Notes: a model not told the origin generated them from the sequence alone. Numbered from the stretch's first letter, positions 14,598 through 28,808 are shown. The stretch: 64,000 nucleotides of DNA from Phyllobates terribilis (GCF_046119375.1 NW_027362764.1:422964001-423028000), one strand, 5' to 3'. Translations and numbers: made by a program.

Positions 14598-15714
14598 AGA
14601 GACAGATTGGGAGAGAGCACCGTTCAGACCAAGGGAGCAACCATGCTACAAGGCTGAACTGTCAGTCTTCAGGATGCCTGGCCCCCAGCAAAGTAGGAAG
14701 CCAGGGCCAGGAGGGGTGCGCTCAGTAAGATTCATGTTGAGAAAGTTCCTTTAAATATCGCTCTTCTCCACAACAAACAGGTAATTTGCTGCTGAGAACA
14801 ATGGCAGCCTGTGCATACAGAATGATCTATCAGCGTTCTGTCTCTAAGCACACTATTAATCAACTGCAGATCTATGTAGCCGATCTACGTTCATTTATAG
14901 CTGTAAGTCGCATAGTGTCAACAAGCAGTTAATGTTTGATGCACAGAACTTTAGGCATTTTTATGTATTTCCTGCTGCTTATATAGCACCAATATATTCT
15001 GCTGTGTTGTAGAGGGATTATTACCACTCATATCAGTCCGTCTACATTTGAGCTCACACACAAAGTCTTTAAAAGATTATTTTTAACATTTATGGCTGGT
15101 GTCCGACCGCTGACACCTTTACTGATCCCAAGGATGAGGCCCCAAAATACCCTTTTGTAATGGAGCTGTGTTCTGCTCTAACCATTGTTTATTGGACTAT
15201 TGGAGAAATCCAAGTGCTGTGCTCAGCTATCTCTGTAGGTCTCACAGACCATGAATGAAGTGGCTCCATTCCAATAGAGTATGGTGAGTTCCCAATGGTC
15301 AGATGCCAACCAACCAGCATGTTTTCACCTTTCCCATGGATAGGTGATAATTTGTTGGGAATGCCCATTTAACCTATCAGTATGTTTTTGTACCTGGAGG
15401 AAGCTTGCGTAATGCAATGAAAATCCCTGGTTGGACCCCAATGTTGACAGCTTCAGTTTTTAGCACCAAGCTAACATGGTACATTAACAAAAATGTTGTA
15501 TATACTGTATTTTCATAGTAGATAATGGAAATAAAAATACAGCAAGCGCATGTACCTCACTTCTGGCCTACACTTTTGTTGCATGGTTCCTGGTTTTCAC
15601 ATTGAGGGTTTGTGCTACATGCTCTCAAAAGTTCCCCAAATTTATAAACCCTAATTCGTTTTTCACCTATCTGTTCCGTTATACCAGTCACTCCAAGTGA
15701 CATTTTCTTGAAAT

Positions 15715-17500
15715 TGAGGTAGGAACGGGAGTTCCTGATTATTAAGGGAGAGCTATTACTCCAATATTCCCTGAGGTAGGAACGGGAGTTCCTGATTAGT
15801 AAGGAAGAACCATTACTCTAGCCTTCCCTGAGGTAGGAATGGGAGTTCCTGATTAGTAAAGGAGAACTATTACTCCAACCTTCTCTTAAGTAAAAATGGG
15901 AGTTCCTGATTACTAAGGGCGAGTCACTACTCCAACCTTCCCTGAGGTAGGAATGGGAGTTCCTGATCAGTAAGGGAGAGCTATTTATCCAACCTTCCAT
16001 GAGGTAGGAACGGGAGTTCCTGATTATTAAGGGAGAGCTATTACTCCAATATTCCCTGAGGTAGGAATGGCAGATCCTGATTAGTAAGGGAGAGCCATTA
16101 CTCCTGCCGTCCCTGAGGTAGGAATGGGAGTACCCGATTACTAAGGGAAAGCTATTACTCCAATATTCCCTGACATAGGAATGGGAGTTCCTGGTTAGTA
16201 AAGGAGAGCAACTACTCCAATTTTCCCGGAGGTAGGAACGGAAGTACCCGATTAATAAGGGAGAGCTATTTCTCCAACCTTCCATGAAGTATGAATGGCA
16301 GTTCCTGATTAGTAAGGGTGACCCATTACTTCAACATTCCCTGAGGTAGGAACGGGAGTTCCTTATTAGTAAAGGAGAGCCATTGCTCCAACCTTCTCTG
16401 AGGTATAAATGGGAGTTCCTGATAAGTGCAGGAGAACTATTTCCCCAACCTTCCCTGAAATAGGAATGGGAGTTCCTGATTAATAAAGAGATCTACTACT
16501 CCAACCTTGCCTGAGGTAGGAATGGGAGTTCCTGATTAATAAAGAAAGCTACTACTTCAACGTTCCCTGAGGTAGGAATAGGAGTTCCTGAAAAATAAAG
16601 AGAGCTACTACTCCAATCTTGCCTGAGGTAGGAATGGGAGTTCCTGATTAATAAAGAAAGCTACTACTTCAACGTTCCCTGAGGTAGGAATAGGAGTTCC
16701 TGAAAAATAAAGAGAGCTACTACTCCAATCTTGCCTGAGGTAGGAATGGGAGTTCCTGATTAGTAAGGGCGACTCATTACTCCAATCTTCCCTGAGGTAG
16801 GAATGGGAGTTCCTATTTTGTACAGGAGAGCTATTTCTCCAACCTTCCCTGAAGTAAGAATTGGAGTTCCTGATCAGTAAGGGAGAGCTACTACTCCAAC
16901 CTTTCTTGAGGTAGGAATGGGAGTTCCTCATTAGTAATGGAGAGCTATTACTCCAACTTTCCCTGAGGTAGGAATGGGAGTTCCTGATTAGTACTGGAGA
17001 GCTATTTCTCCAACCTTCCCTGAGGTAGGAACAGGAGTTCCTGATTAGTAAGGGAGAGCTATTTCTCCAACCTTCCATGAAGTAGGAATGGGAGTTCCTA
17101 ATAACTAAGGGTGACCCATTACTCCAACCTTCCTTGAGGTAGGAATGGGAGTTCCTGATTAGTAAGGGCGACCCATTACTCCAACCTTCCCTGAGGTAGG
17201 AATGAGAGTTCCTGATTAGTAAGGGCGACCCAATACTCCAACCTTCCTTGAGGTAGGAATGGGAGTTCCTCATTAGTAATGGAGAGCTATTACTCCAACT
17301 TTCCCTGAGGTAGGAATGGGAGTTCCTGATTAGTACTGGAGAGCTATTTCTCCAACCTTCCCTGAGGTAGGAACAGGAGTTCCTGATTAATAAGGGAGAG
17401 CTATTACTCCAACTTTCCCTGAGGTAGGAACGGGAGTTCCTGATTAGTAAGGGAGAACTATTACTCCAACCTTCCCTGAACTAGGAATAGGAGTTTTTGA
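15715..17500. repeat. 57-bp minisatellite, about 31 diverged units
   Basis: Consensus aggtaggaatgggagttcctgattagtaagggagagctattactccaaccttccctg; gives the 19-aa periodic ORFs on the minus strand. Confidence 0.95.
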
Positions 17501-17808
17501 TGAGTGGCATTTTTTTTAGGTCCCCCTATTAGGTTAGGAATTGCTGAGCTAGTTGTACAGTATTATGTCCCGCAATCCTGCTTGTCCCAAAGATCTTGCA
17601 GTGTCACGTAAAAGAAGTAGCAACTTCATATCATTCTTATCTTATACTCTCCATTTTATTAGTGACTGCTTCTTTTTAGAATTAAGTAAATTTGCATAAT
17701 GTTCTCTGCAGTGTTGCATCTCTATGTAATACGGATGAACTAGATGATCATGCGATAATAGATGACATAAGCTGTAATATATGTTAAAAAGTTCAACAGC
17801 CAATGGGT

Positions 17809-18045
17809 GATATAATAATAATAATCTTTTTATTTATATAGCGCCAACATATTCCACAGCGCTTCACCATTCAGACACATTATCGGCACTGTCCCCACTG
17901 GGGCTCACAATCTAGATTCCCTATCAGTATGTCTTTGGAGTGTGGGTGGAAACAAGAGAACCTGGAGAAAACCCATGCAAATACAGGGAGAACATACAAA
18001 CTCCTTGCAGATGTTGTCCTTGATGGGATTTGAACCCAGGATCCC
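17809..18045 (-). mobile_element. V-SINE-like element with a truncated tRNA head
   Basis: Minus strand carries a B-box GGGTTCAAATCC and the central GTTTGTATGTTCTCCCTGT domain; (ATT)n tail; homologous to 21052-21305. Confidence 0.75.
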
Positions 18046-18232
18046 CCATAGTCCTCCATACAGAGTAAAGGACCTCACATAGTCCTCTATACTGAATAAT
18101 CGTCCCCCCATAGTCCTCCATACAGAGTAATGGTCCCCACATAGTCCTCCATACAGAGTAATGGGCCCACATAGTCCTCCATACAGAGTAATCGAACTCG
18201 CATAGTCCTCCATACAGAATAATGGCCCCATA
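18045..18232. repeat. 30-bp minisatellite, about 6 units
   Basis: Unit catagtcctccatacagagtaatgggccca. Confidence 0.9.
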
Positions 18233-21051
18233 TAGGGGTGGCGGTTCTAGTAGCGCGGGCCAAATATAACCACCCTGGGGACCACATTTGGCCCGCGGTA
18301 TTTTTTCAAGGTATTTAATTCATTTTTTGAGCAAGTGTCAGTCATTTTTTAAAGTTTTTTTTTTCAAAATCTTTCAAATATCAGTAAGTAATATACCTTA
18401 GAGCACGCCGTTGCCTAACTTTCTAATATACCGTAGTCTTTTTTTAAAGTGAAGTCATGTATGATGAGACTTATTTATCCAGTTAAACCTGTTTAGCTTT
18501 TCTCTGATGTGTACGTACGGTAACTTTCTCTTGGCATGTGGATGGGCAGGTTTTTGATCCATTTTGTCCTTTTCCTAGACAGAATATTGAAGCGACCACT
18601 GAATCTGTCCATCTTCTTTTTCATTATGTCTTGGATATTTGTTACTTTTTACTTGGATCTGACGACACAGAATACAGTATTAATGCATCGATCTTATTAT
18701 AGTCCAAGCCAATTTTTTATTTTTTTTTAAAAAGCCTTTAAGTTTTCTTATATAAAGTTATCTTTAACTTTGCTTCCTGAGCCTAGTAAAATATTAAATG
18801 CACACAAAATTAGTTAACTATGCTGTTAAACCAAAGATCGAGCAGTTTATAACCTCATCAGTCAAAACTGCATCTTACCAAGAATTTAAGGGAGTCTTTC
18901 ATCCTCAAAATGCATTATAAATGAGCTATGTAGTGCCTGGTTCGTTACCTGTTACTGGTACAGAGCATGAGAAAATACATTTAAATTTGTATGTAAATGA
19001 GGGGCTTTGGTACATTATTTGCCTGGCCAAGAGCTCAGTCCACTGTTATGCCCCTTCATTTTGCATGTTGTGGGCTTCCCGTGCTTCTGATTGGCAGCAC
19101 TCGCTTCCCAGAGCAAGCTCTGCCAAAATTGAGCCGGCCTGTGTCCTAAACTGACACTGCCTGTGACCAGCAACGAATGCACGCATCAGCGGGGCACATT
19201 CTCTCCCTTGGCTCCTCTCTGCTGACGCCACTTACCAATGTGATACACCAGGAAGTGTAGTGAGCAGGGTAAGCAGAGAGGAGCTAGAGAGGAGAAGGCA
19301 CGTGGTCACTGTGTGCGCATGCGGCCGGTCACAGGCAGTGTCAGAGCGCTCACATGTCAGATGAGTTTAGGCAGCGTTTACTCTTGAGAAATGAGTGCTG
19401 TGAATCAGAAGTAGGGAAGCCCCCAACATGCTGGTCATAATAATGCTGCACCAAAGCCACCTCATTTGCATATGAATTAAGTTATTTTCTCAGGCCTTGT
19501 ACTAGTGACAGGTACAGTGATGATTTTTATATGGTCTAATTTCCCTATGTCACTGTCTAGCTAATTGTTTCTCTGAAGCACAACCTATGGTTTAGTCGCA
19601 GAAACTGCACAGAATGTGAACAGGTCCTTCCAATTATTGAGTCGCCCACATACATGCAGGAGCCATGTGGGTAATAGAGGACTGCAGATGTTGATAATTC
19701 AGATTGCTTGTGGTTTCTCTCCTGGTGCTGTCAAACAAATATCGTCATCTTTTAGTTCAGCTTGTATTTATGGAAAGAAGAGCATTCACAGAATACTGAT
19801 GGAATAAGTGGCATCTATATTCTGGTTCTGTTACCAGGAGTGCCGCCAATGGGCATGTGTAGCGGAGGCAGCGGCCGGTGGTTTGTTGGTGATTGTTCTT
19901 CAATGCCTTCAGTCTACAACCACACACACATGAAAGTTGGCCACACCTGCTGATTATGGCAGGACCAAACAGTGGTCTTATATGAATGATGGCCTCTCGA
20001 CACTCCTTGCATTGCAGATATTGGGGGAAGGAGAGGTCTGTTGAACTATAACTATAACAATGTTTGTTCCCACGTTGGGTAAGCCACTATTCACTGTCTG
20101 GCAGCACCTGTATTCACCCTTTCCCATCTATTACAATAAACCTGCATGCTTGGCTGAGCCAACATACATGTTTATGGTTGAGACGGGAAATATAGTTGTA
20201 GGATGATGGCTCTTTCATGTATAAGGTTTGCTTAAGAGACAAGGCTAACCATTGTTACCTATATAAAGCTCATAGTTCACTTTTATTTTTTGAATTATAT
20301 TATCATATCAAGACATAAACCAATAAATTATACATGACTCGCTATGATGTCACAGGGAAACAGAGTTCTCCATGGCATAATATATAATAATGGCTGGGTA
20401 CGTATCATTACCATTATTTTGTACAATTTGCATGAATGAACCAGCATTGGATAACCTAATAACTAAGTGGAAATTATGATTGAGACTTTTCATTAGTCCC
20501 CCCTTTATACATTATGAATTATTATAACCCTGACTTTATCAGAGATCACACTGAACGTTTAGTTGCCTTGTAACCCAAAGCTAAGCTCTGAAACTTCCCT
20601 GCACTAATTCCTTCCATGCCTATACCTGCATTACATGCTGTTAAGCTGGGTACATTGCTTTGTTGTTTTCTGATTGTACTGCGCTGTGAAATCCTTATCA
20701 CGGCTTTGGATTTGCAGCCATAGTATGAGGCGTTTTCCCAGCCTCTGAATATGGACCAGTTATTGGGCATTGGAGTTTTGCAGTGGAATATTTTTTTAGT
20801 TTGTGTTGTTGTCTGCTTTACCTTTTATCTGCCCATCATACTTTTTGACCGACCATAAAAATACCAGTATTTTCTAATTATTTTATAATTGTAAGCTATA
20901 ATACTTATATATGTGGCACTTTGGTAGCAATTAGTCTAAACAATTAGCATTTATTGCTCTAGAATTATTCACTTTTGTTAGCAGTAACTACTAAGCCATT
21001 GTTTGTTTTATGCTTTTATTATGCTAAAACAACATTTCCATTAAATTTCAT

Positions 21052-21305
21052 ATTTATTTATTTACTTACTTATATAGTTAATTTCACAGCGCTTTACAGA
21101 CACGCTATGGGCACTGTCCCCATTGGGGCTCACAATCTACATTCCCTATCAGTATGTGTTGTGGGAGGAAACCAGAGAACCCGGAGGAAACCCACGCAAA
21201 CACGGGGAGAACATACAAACTCCTTGCAGATGTTTTCCTTGGTGGGATTTGAACCCAGGACCCCAGTGCTGCAAGGCTGCAGTGCTAACCACTGAGCCAC
21301 CCTGT
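21052..21305 (-). mobile_element. Full-length tRNA-derived V-SINE-like element
   Basis: Minus strand: A-box TGGCTCAGTGG, B-box GGTTCAAATCC, V-domain GTTTGTATGTTCTCCCCGTGTTTGCGTGGGTTTCC, AT-rich tail. Confidence 0.85.
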
Positions 21306-21501
21306 GGCCCTGGTCTGAAACATTTGGGAGGAATACAACTTTAACTATTTAATAGGACCTTCCTCTTACCATGTTCCCCTAAATCATCAGGGTATCTGGG
21401 TCTGCATTCCCTATAGCTACCCTGTTATAGGGAGCCTGTCATATTCTGCTGAATTCTTGGGCAGCATAAATCAGAAACTGGTTCCTTTATTGAAATATGT
21501 A

Positions 21502-21741
21502 CAGTACAGACCAAAAGTTTGGACACACCTTCTCATTTAAAGATTTTTCTGTATTTTCATGACTGAAAATTGTACATTCACACTGAAGGCATCAAAACTA
21601 TGAATTAACACATGTGGAATTATATACTTAACAAAAAACTGTGAAACAACTGAAAATATGTCTTATATTCTAGGTTCTTCAAAGTAGCCTCCTTTTGCTT
21701 TGATGACTGCTTTGCACACTCTTGGCATTCTCTTGATGAGC
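21502..21741. mobile_element. Solo terminal inverted repeat of the DD38E Tc1 family
   Basis: TA-cagtacagaccaaaagtttggacacacc..., near-identical to the ends of 27179-28808; truncated at a (TA)n run. Confidence 0.9.
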
Positions 21742-21761
21742 TGTATACATATATATATATA

Positions 21762-22165
21762 CACTGCTCAAAAAAATAAAGGGAACACTTAAACAACAGA
21801 ATATAGCTCCCAGTAAATCAAACTTCTGTGAAATCAAACTGTCCACTTAGGAAGCAACACTGATTGACAATCAATTTTACATGCTGTTGTGCAAATGGAA
21901 TAGACAATAGATGGAAATTATTGGCAATTATCAAGACACACTCAATAAAGGAGTGGTTCTGCAGGTGGGGACCACAGACCACATCTCAGTACCAATGCTT
22001 TCTGGTTGATGTTTTGGTCACTTTTGAATGTTGGTTGTGCTTTCACACTCGTGGTAGCATGAGATGGACTCTACAACCCACAGAAGTTGCTCAGGTAGTG
22101 CAGCTCATCCAGCATGGCACATCAATGCGAGCTGTGGCAAGAAGGTTTGCTGTGTCTGTCAGCGT
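21762..22165 (+). mobile_element. 5' fragment of the Tc1 family found at 1678-3260
   Basis: cactgctcaaaaaaataaaggg TIR and transposase start ([14 protein letters not shown]), inserted in (TA)n. Confidence 0.9.
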
Positions 22166-22580
22166 TAAGAAAAAAGAAAAAAAAACGCACCCATACACAA
22201 TATGCCTAAATAGGCACCTGTTGTTCATAGACGTCTCCTTGAATTGAACTACAAACGTTTTGAATCGTTGTAGTCCTGGTATCCGATGTTGGAAAGCTCT
22301 ACATGTACATTAAAATAGTGGTCATTTTCTTGCATATACCTTTATTTCTTACGGGTTATACCCAAAGGAACCATGTAGCAACCGCATCAGGAAAGCTTTG
22401 CAAGGCATTTTATTTTGTAGTGTAGATGTATCAGTAATATGTGTTGTTTCTAGTAATAGGAGTGTTTAGTCGTCGCTGTACATGATGAAGTGTTCATATA
22501 TTATTAATCTTTCTTATAATGGCAGGTGCACAACCTCTTCATGCATCAATAATCCCTGTTGCCTTTTCCCTTCTTTCTAG

Positions 22581-22787
<207 letters not shown>

Positions 22788-23269
22788 TAGGAGTAACTGA
22801 ACTGTATGGCATCATTTGAGACCTTAAAGGGAACCTGTCACGTCTTTGTTTTATATTAAACTGCCCCCAATGTCTTGTTAGTGATGCACCTTGCATCACT
22901 AACATGGTTTTTCTCAAGCAAAATGTCCTGGTATTTTTTGCAAAAAACACTTTTTATACTTGCTGATTGCCCATCTTACTTTCTGTTTCAGTCACAGGGG
23001 TGGGCATGTCTATCTTTCCAGTCACGGCCAGTCAAATGCCTTTTCAAATTCTTCAACCCCATCGCATCATAATTCCTTCCCTTCACTGCTCCCTACATCA
23101 TCGAAATCTTCCAGCAGATCCCGCACTTGCTCAATGACTTCAACCCCAATACTATTACCCCACTTGCACCGTACCAGGGCAAGTGGGAAGAGCTGGGCAA
23201 ACCACCAAAATTGGCGCATCTAATAGATGCACCTTTTTTGGTTTGGCTGCGGGCTGCTATTTTGAGGCT

Positions 23270-23951
23270 AAGGAGGGCCAATATCCGTGGCTCGTTCCCA
23301 GTCTGAGAATACCAGCCACCAGATGTCTGCTTTAGCTTAGCTGGTTGTCAAAAATTGGTGGGGGGACCCCAAGCCGTTTTTTAAAATTATTTAAATAATT
23401 GAAAAAATACAGCGTGGGACCCCTCTATTTTTGATAATCAGCCAAGATAAAGCTGTCAGCTGGGGGCTGCTGCCCGCAGCTGTCTGTTTTTTGCCTGTCC
23501 TGGTTAGAAAGAATAGAGGAGACCACTTGCCATTTTTTAATTTTATTTAGTGCACAGGCGCCAACTGGTGAATACTCCCATCTGCGGCGCTTGTTCTCGC
23601 TGCTATCAACAAGGCCAGGCGTACGATGATGACAGTAGTACTCTAAACAGCCGACGCTTGTGACCGGTGGTAACCTTCTTACCGACGGTCACAGCTGCTG
23701 GCCCACATGCTGTCACTCTGTCATCTGTGTGACAGCTTGGGAACTGCAGTGCTCTGACCGGCGGTAACAAACTTACTGTCGATGAGAGCCGTTGTTTTTC
23801 GCGCTGTCACACAGATGACAGCATGTGAAACTCCGGATGTTCGGGCCTCCATACATTTGAATGGGGTCCGGGTTCGAGTTTGGGTACTGTTCTGATACCT
23901 GAACCAATCATTTTTTTTAATGTTCAGCCGAACCCGACGGACCCATCACTA
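23270..23951. mobile_element. Probable hAT-like non-autonomous element (degenerate)
   Basis: Terminal CATCACTA with internal inverted segments; left boundary uncertain. Confidence 0.45.
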
Positions 23952-24028
23952 ACAATGACTAATCCGAAGAATAAAACACAAATAGCTGCAATAATGCCAC
24001 CAGTGTCTGGTTTGTGCTGCATGTGGTT

Positions 24029-24659
24029 TTAAAGTGCACCTGTCAGCAGGATTGTGCTTAGTAAACTACATACACTGTCAGGTGGGCGCCATTACACTGA
24101 GTAAAATGATACCTTTGATGATGAAATCCATAGTGTGGTTCTTTTATAATCTTTAGCTTCAGTTCTGCCATAATGATATGCATGTGCTCTGGTGCTCTCA
24201 TTATGTATTCGTGTATTCCTATCTCTGGCCTCTGACAGGTCACTGTGCTTTCGGTGACCTACCTACTATTTTAAATACTGACTGTTTAATTTCTCTGCCC
24301 ATGTGAAATTTACATATCCCAATATGGACGCCCGACACCCGCGCATACGCAGTAGCATCTTTTGGTTGCCGAGAGATGTTACTGCGCACGCGCGGGCGCC
24401 ATTTTGCTTTTGGAAAAAGAGTGTGGTTGCAGCAATATGGCGCCGCGCATGTGCAGTAGCATCTCAGCAATCAAGAAATGCTACTGTGTAAGCACGGGCA
24501 GAGGGGCCATATTGCTGCAGGCAAATTTATTTTTCTTCTAGAAAAATGGCGCCCGCGCTGGCGCAGTGGCATCTATCGCTTGCCGATGGCAGTCTATATA
24601 ATCTGTATGCCCATATTAATAGTTTAGATAGGTCAAATGTTGTGACAGATTCCCTTTAA
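24029..24659. mobile_element. TTAA-flanked MITE (Kolobok/T2-like) with internal inverted repeats
   Basis: TTAA at both ends; imperfect ctgtca/tgacag termini; internal cgcgggcgccatttt / aaaatggcgcccgcg. Confidence 0.6.
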
Positions 24660-25100
24660 GGAAGCACTCCTCCCATCAAAGTTTTTATCCCCTTAATATA
24701 CTGCAGTCATCATATGATATAGCACTGTATACTTAAAATTGCTAATTTTCCTTTCTCCCGAGATAATTCTTCTCTTTCCTTTGCTCTATGTAGAAACAGG
24801 AAGTCTCTTGTCCCTGCATTTATCATTCCCCTCTTCAACTCCTGACCTAGCAGGTCTGCTCCACCCCCCTGACAGGACTTTTGCAGTGACTCATGATTCA
24901 TACAGGGAAAATTGACCTCCTGTTTCTACATAGAGCTTAGAAGGATTCAGCTAGTCCGGTTTTAATCACGTGATGTCATAGACCTAGTGGAAAAGAGAAG
25001 ATTTAGCTGGGTAGAAAGGCAAAGGGAGCAGTTCTAAGTATACAGTGCTATATAATATATGATGATTGCAATATATTAAGAGGATAATAAATTTGATATG
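24660..25100. mobile_element. Fold-back MITE
   Basis: Arms such as tatagcactgtatactta / taagtatacagtgctata. Confidence 0.65.
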
Positions 25101-25469
25101 AAATCTCTGCTCATAGTTCAACTGGGTGTTTCTTCAGAGTCTTCTCTGGGGGCGTGCACTCCGAGATCCTGCCAATCTCAGCTTGGCAGCTGATCTAGCA
25201 TCTAGCATTCTCAGACGCTGTCGAACTGTGATTGGCAGCATTTGGGAGGGAGGGGTGAAAGCACAGGCCCCCAGAGAAGAATCTGAAGAAACACCCAGTT
25301 GGACTGCAAGCAGAGATTTCATGTACTGCGCTCCAAAAGCAACAAATGTGAAAATCTTTGTAAGGGAGCAACACAGCATAAAATGTAAAAAAAAGCTTCA
25401 GAATCAAGAGAGCTCAGGGATTTTTGGAAGGCATTTAAATCCATTTTTAGGGGAAAGTGGCAGGTCCTC

Positions 25470-25890
25470 TTAAAGGGAATCTGTCAGCAGTTTTTTGCTA
25501 TGTAATCTGAAGACAGCATGAAGTAGGGGTTAATACACAGATTTCAGCATGCCTCTGTTATCAAGCTCTGTGGTTTTGTTTGCTTACACAGATTGTTTTA
25601 GCACCAGTAGCTTATCATTGCTGTGACTAGCTTGTCATGTGAGCCCTGGTCCCACACGCCCTCTCCTGTGATAGGCAGCTCACTGTCTATGGGCTTTGTA
25701 CACGGAGAGACTGGCTTGGGTGGGGTTAGCTTGCTCAGTTCTGCTTCATGCTAAATCTAAAAGCTCTTATTGTGTCAGAACGGCTGCACCCAGTTATCTA
25801 AGTGATACATCGTTGGATTCAGCTTCTCTTTACCTACATCAGGCTGCTCTCAGATGAGGTAGCAAAAACCTGCTGACAGATTCCCATTAA
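25470..25890. mobile_element. TTAA-flanked MITE (Kolobok/T2-like)
   Basis: TTAA-AGGGAATCTGTCAGCAG ... CTGCTGACAGATTCCCA-TTAA. Confidence 0.85.
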
Positions 25891-25947
25891 ATGGGAAGCC
25901 CCAATCAGAATTACCGTTTTTAACTACACTACATCTTGAGTAGTATA

Positions 25948-26352
25948 TTAAAGCACCACTCAAGCGTTGCTGTTTTTTTTTTTTATTGCAGCGCTGGAGT
26001 GGTACTTCCCTGCCCACGGTCTTATCCTTACCTGCCAAAGTCTACACCATCTACTGCCGCCATTTGGGTCAGTCTCCAGCAGCCTGCGACCTGCTGGATG
26101 GCTCCAGTGTTTGCTGGAGTGAGCCGGAGGTCACTTTTCAATGCAAATCTATGAGTTCCTCTTTCTGGATCTCACAGACATGCATTGAGAGTTTGTGACC
26201 GTTACCTCTGACTTCCGGCCAGCCAGAAGTTGCGGTCACAACATGGCACCGATAAAAGGTGAAGTCGGCAGGAAAGTATAAAACTACGGTAATCAACCTT
26301 AGATTAGAAGCACCACTCCACACTGAAAAAAAAGGCTGGAGTGGTGCTTTAA
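25948..26352. mobile_element. TTAA-flanked MITE (Kolobok/T2-like)
   Basis: TTAA-AGCACCACTC ... GAGTGGTGCT-TTAA. Confidence 0.85.
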
Positions 26353-26851
26353 TCTATAATTTATAAAGGTTCATTGGCCCTAAACATTCACACCCTGGAA
26401 TAAATTCACTAACGCTTGAGATTTTCTTACAGTATAGCACATGTTTTGTACATTTATAATTTATTAGTGATTAGAGTGGATAATAGCATTGCAGTCCATT
26501 ATAAGGTCAGTGGCTTACTACTTGTAACCCTTTGCATAATTATTATCACCATTTACATTTTGTTAGTTGGTCAATTATTAAATCTTTATAGTGTTTCACC
26601 ACTAAAAAGACATTTTTGCAGCACCAGACATACAAAGGAGGTGGCTGGGTGGAAGAATGTCTTTTTTCGAAGCATCATATCAATTAAAGTAATTTTAACA
26701 TTTAGCGCACTCTTTATAAAACCTTCTATCCAGTTTCATGGCCTTATTTTGAAGCAGCGCTATGTGGCGATGAGCTTACGCTGCTTGCTTCACATCTTTT
26801 TAATGGCAGTGGAAAAACTGTGTTTTTGTGTTTCCTATTTTCTGCTTATGA

Positions 26852-27127
<276 letters not shown>

Positions 27128-27178
27128 TAAGAAAGGTAATAATACTGATATTAGAATTGATGTTTTATGTTACATATA

Positions 27179-28808
27179 CAGTACAGACCAAAAGTTTGGA
27201 CACACCTTCTCATTTAAAGATTTTTCTGTATTTTCATGTCTATGAAAATTGTACATTCACACTGAAGGCATCAAAACTACGAATTAACACATGTGGAATT
27301 ATATACTTAACAAAAAAGTGTGAAACAACTGAATATATGTCTTATATTCTAGGTTCTTCAAAGTAGCCACCTTTTGCTTTGATGACTGCTTTGCACACTC
27401 TTGGCATTCTCTTGATGAGCTTCAAGAGGTAGTCACCGGAAATGGTCTTCCAACAATCTTGGAGGAGTTCCCAGAGATGCTTAGCACTTGTTTGCCCTTT
27501 TGCCTTCACTCTGCGGTCCAGCTCACCCCAAACCATCTCGATTGGGTTCAGGTCTGGTGACTGTGGAGGCCAGGTCATCTGGCGTAGCACCCCATCACTC
27601 TCCTTCTTTGTCAAATAGCCCTTACACAGCCTGGAGGTGTGTTTGGAGTCATTGTCCTGTTGAAAAATAAATGATGGTCCAACTAAACGCAAACAGGATG
27701 GAATAGCATGCCGCTGCAAGATGCTGTGGTAGCCATGCTGGTTCAGTATGCCTTCAATTTTGAATAAATCCCCAACAGTGTCACCAGCAAAGCATGCCCA
27801 CACCATCACACCTCCTCCTCCATGCTTCACGGTGGGAACCAGACATGTAGAGTTCATCCGTTCACCTTTTCTGCGTCGCACAAAGACACGGTGGTTGGAA
27901 CCAAAGATCTCTAATTTGGACTCATTAGACCAAAGCACAGATTTCCACTGGTCTAATGTCCATTCCTTGTGTTCTTTAGCCTAAACAAGTCTCTTCTGCT
28001 TTTTGCCTGTCCTTAGCAGTGGTTTCCTAGCAGCTATTTTACCATGAAGGCCTGCTGCACAAAGTCTCCTCTTAACAGTTGTTGTAGAGATGTGGCTGCT
28101 GCTAGAACTCTGTGTGGCATTGACCTGGTCTCTAATCTGAGCTGCTGTTAACCTGCGATTTCTGAGGCTGGTGACTCTTATAAACTTATCCTCAGAAGCA
28201 GAGGTGACTCTTGGTCTTCCTTTCCTGGGGCGGTCCTCATGTGAGCCAGTTTCTTTGTAGCGCTTGATGGTTTTTGCAACTGCACTTGGGGACACATTCA
28301 AAGTTTGCCCAATTTTTCGGACTGACTGACCTTCATTTCTTAAAGTAATGATGGCCACTCGTTTTTCTTTACTTAGCTGCTTTTTTCTTGCCATAATACA
28401 AATTCTAACAGTCTATTCAGTAGTACTATCAGCTGTGTATCCACCAGATTTCTGCACAACACAACTGATGGTCCCAACCCCATTTATAAGGCAAGAAATC
28501 CCACTTATTAAACCTGACAGGGCACACCTGTGAAGTGAAAACCATTTCCGGTGACTACCTCTTGAAGCTCATCAAGAGAATGCCAAGAGTGTGCAAAGCA
28601 GTCATCAAAGCAAAAGGTGGCTACTTTGAAGAACCTAGAATATAAGACATCTTTTCAGTTGTTTCACACTTTTTTGTTAAGTATATAATTCCACATGTGT
28701 TAATTCATAGTTTTGATGCCTTCAGTGTGAATGTACAATTTTCAGAGTCATGAAAATACAGAAAAATCTTTAAATGGGAAGGTGTGTCCAAACTTTTGGT
28801 CTGTACTG
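27179..28808 (-). mobile_element. Tc1-superfamily transposon, DD38E (Intruder-type), transposase split across two ORFs
   Basis: TA TSD; TIRs of about 268 bp; WSNESK, QQDNDSKH and SPDLNPIE with 38 residues between D and E. Confidence 0.93.

Noticed and set aside
15818-17273. 155-aa and 221-aa minus-strand ORFs as a repeat protein
   Set aside because: By-product of a 57-bp stop-free unit; a 56-bp unit breaks the frame; no splice or promoter support.
15715-17500. CRISPR-like array or hammerhead-ribozyme satellite (CTGAGGT-stem-GATT/GAAA resembles CUGANGA-stem II-GAAA)
   Set aside because: There are no unique spacers; units are contiguous variants. The core has U in place of A9, mostly GAUU in place of GAAA, and no consistent stem I/III with a UH site.
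21230-21305. tRNA gene on the minus strand
   Set aside because: A and B boxes run directly into the SINE body, so this is a SINE head, not a cloverleaf gene.
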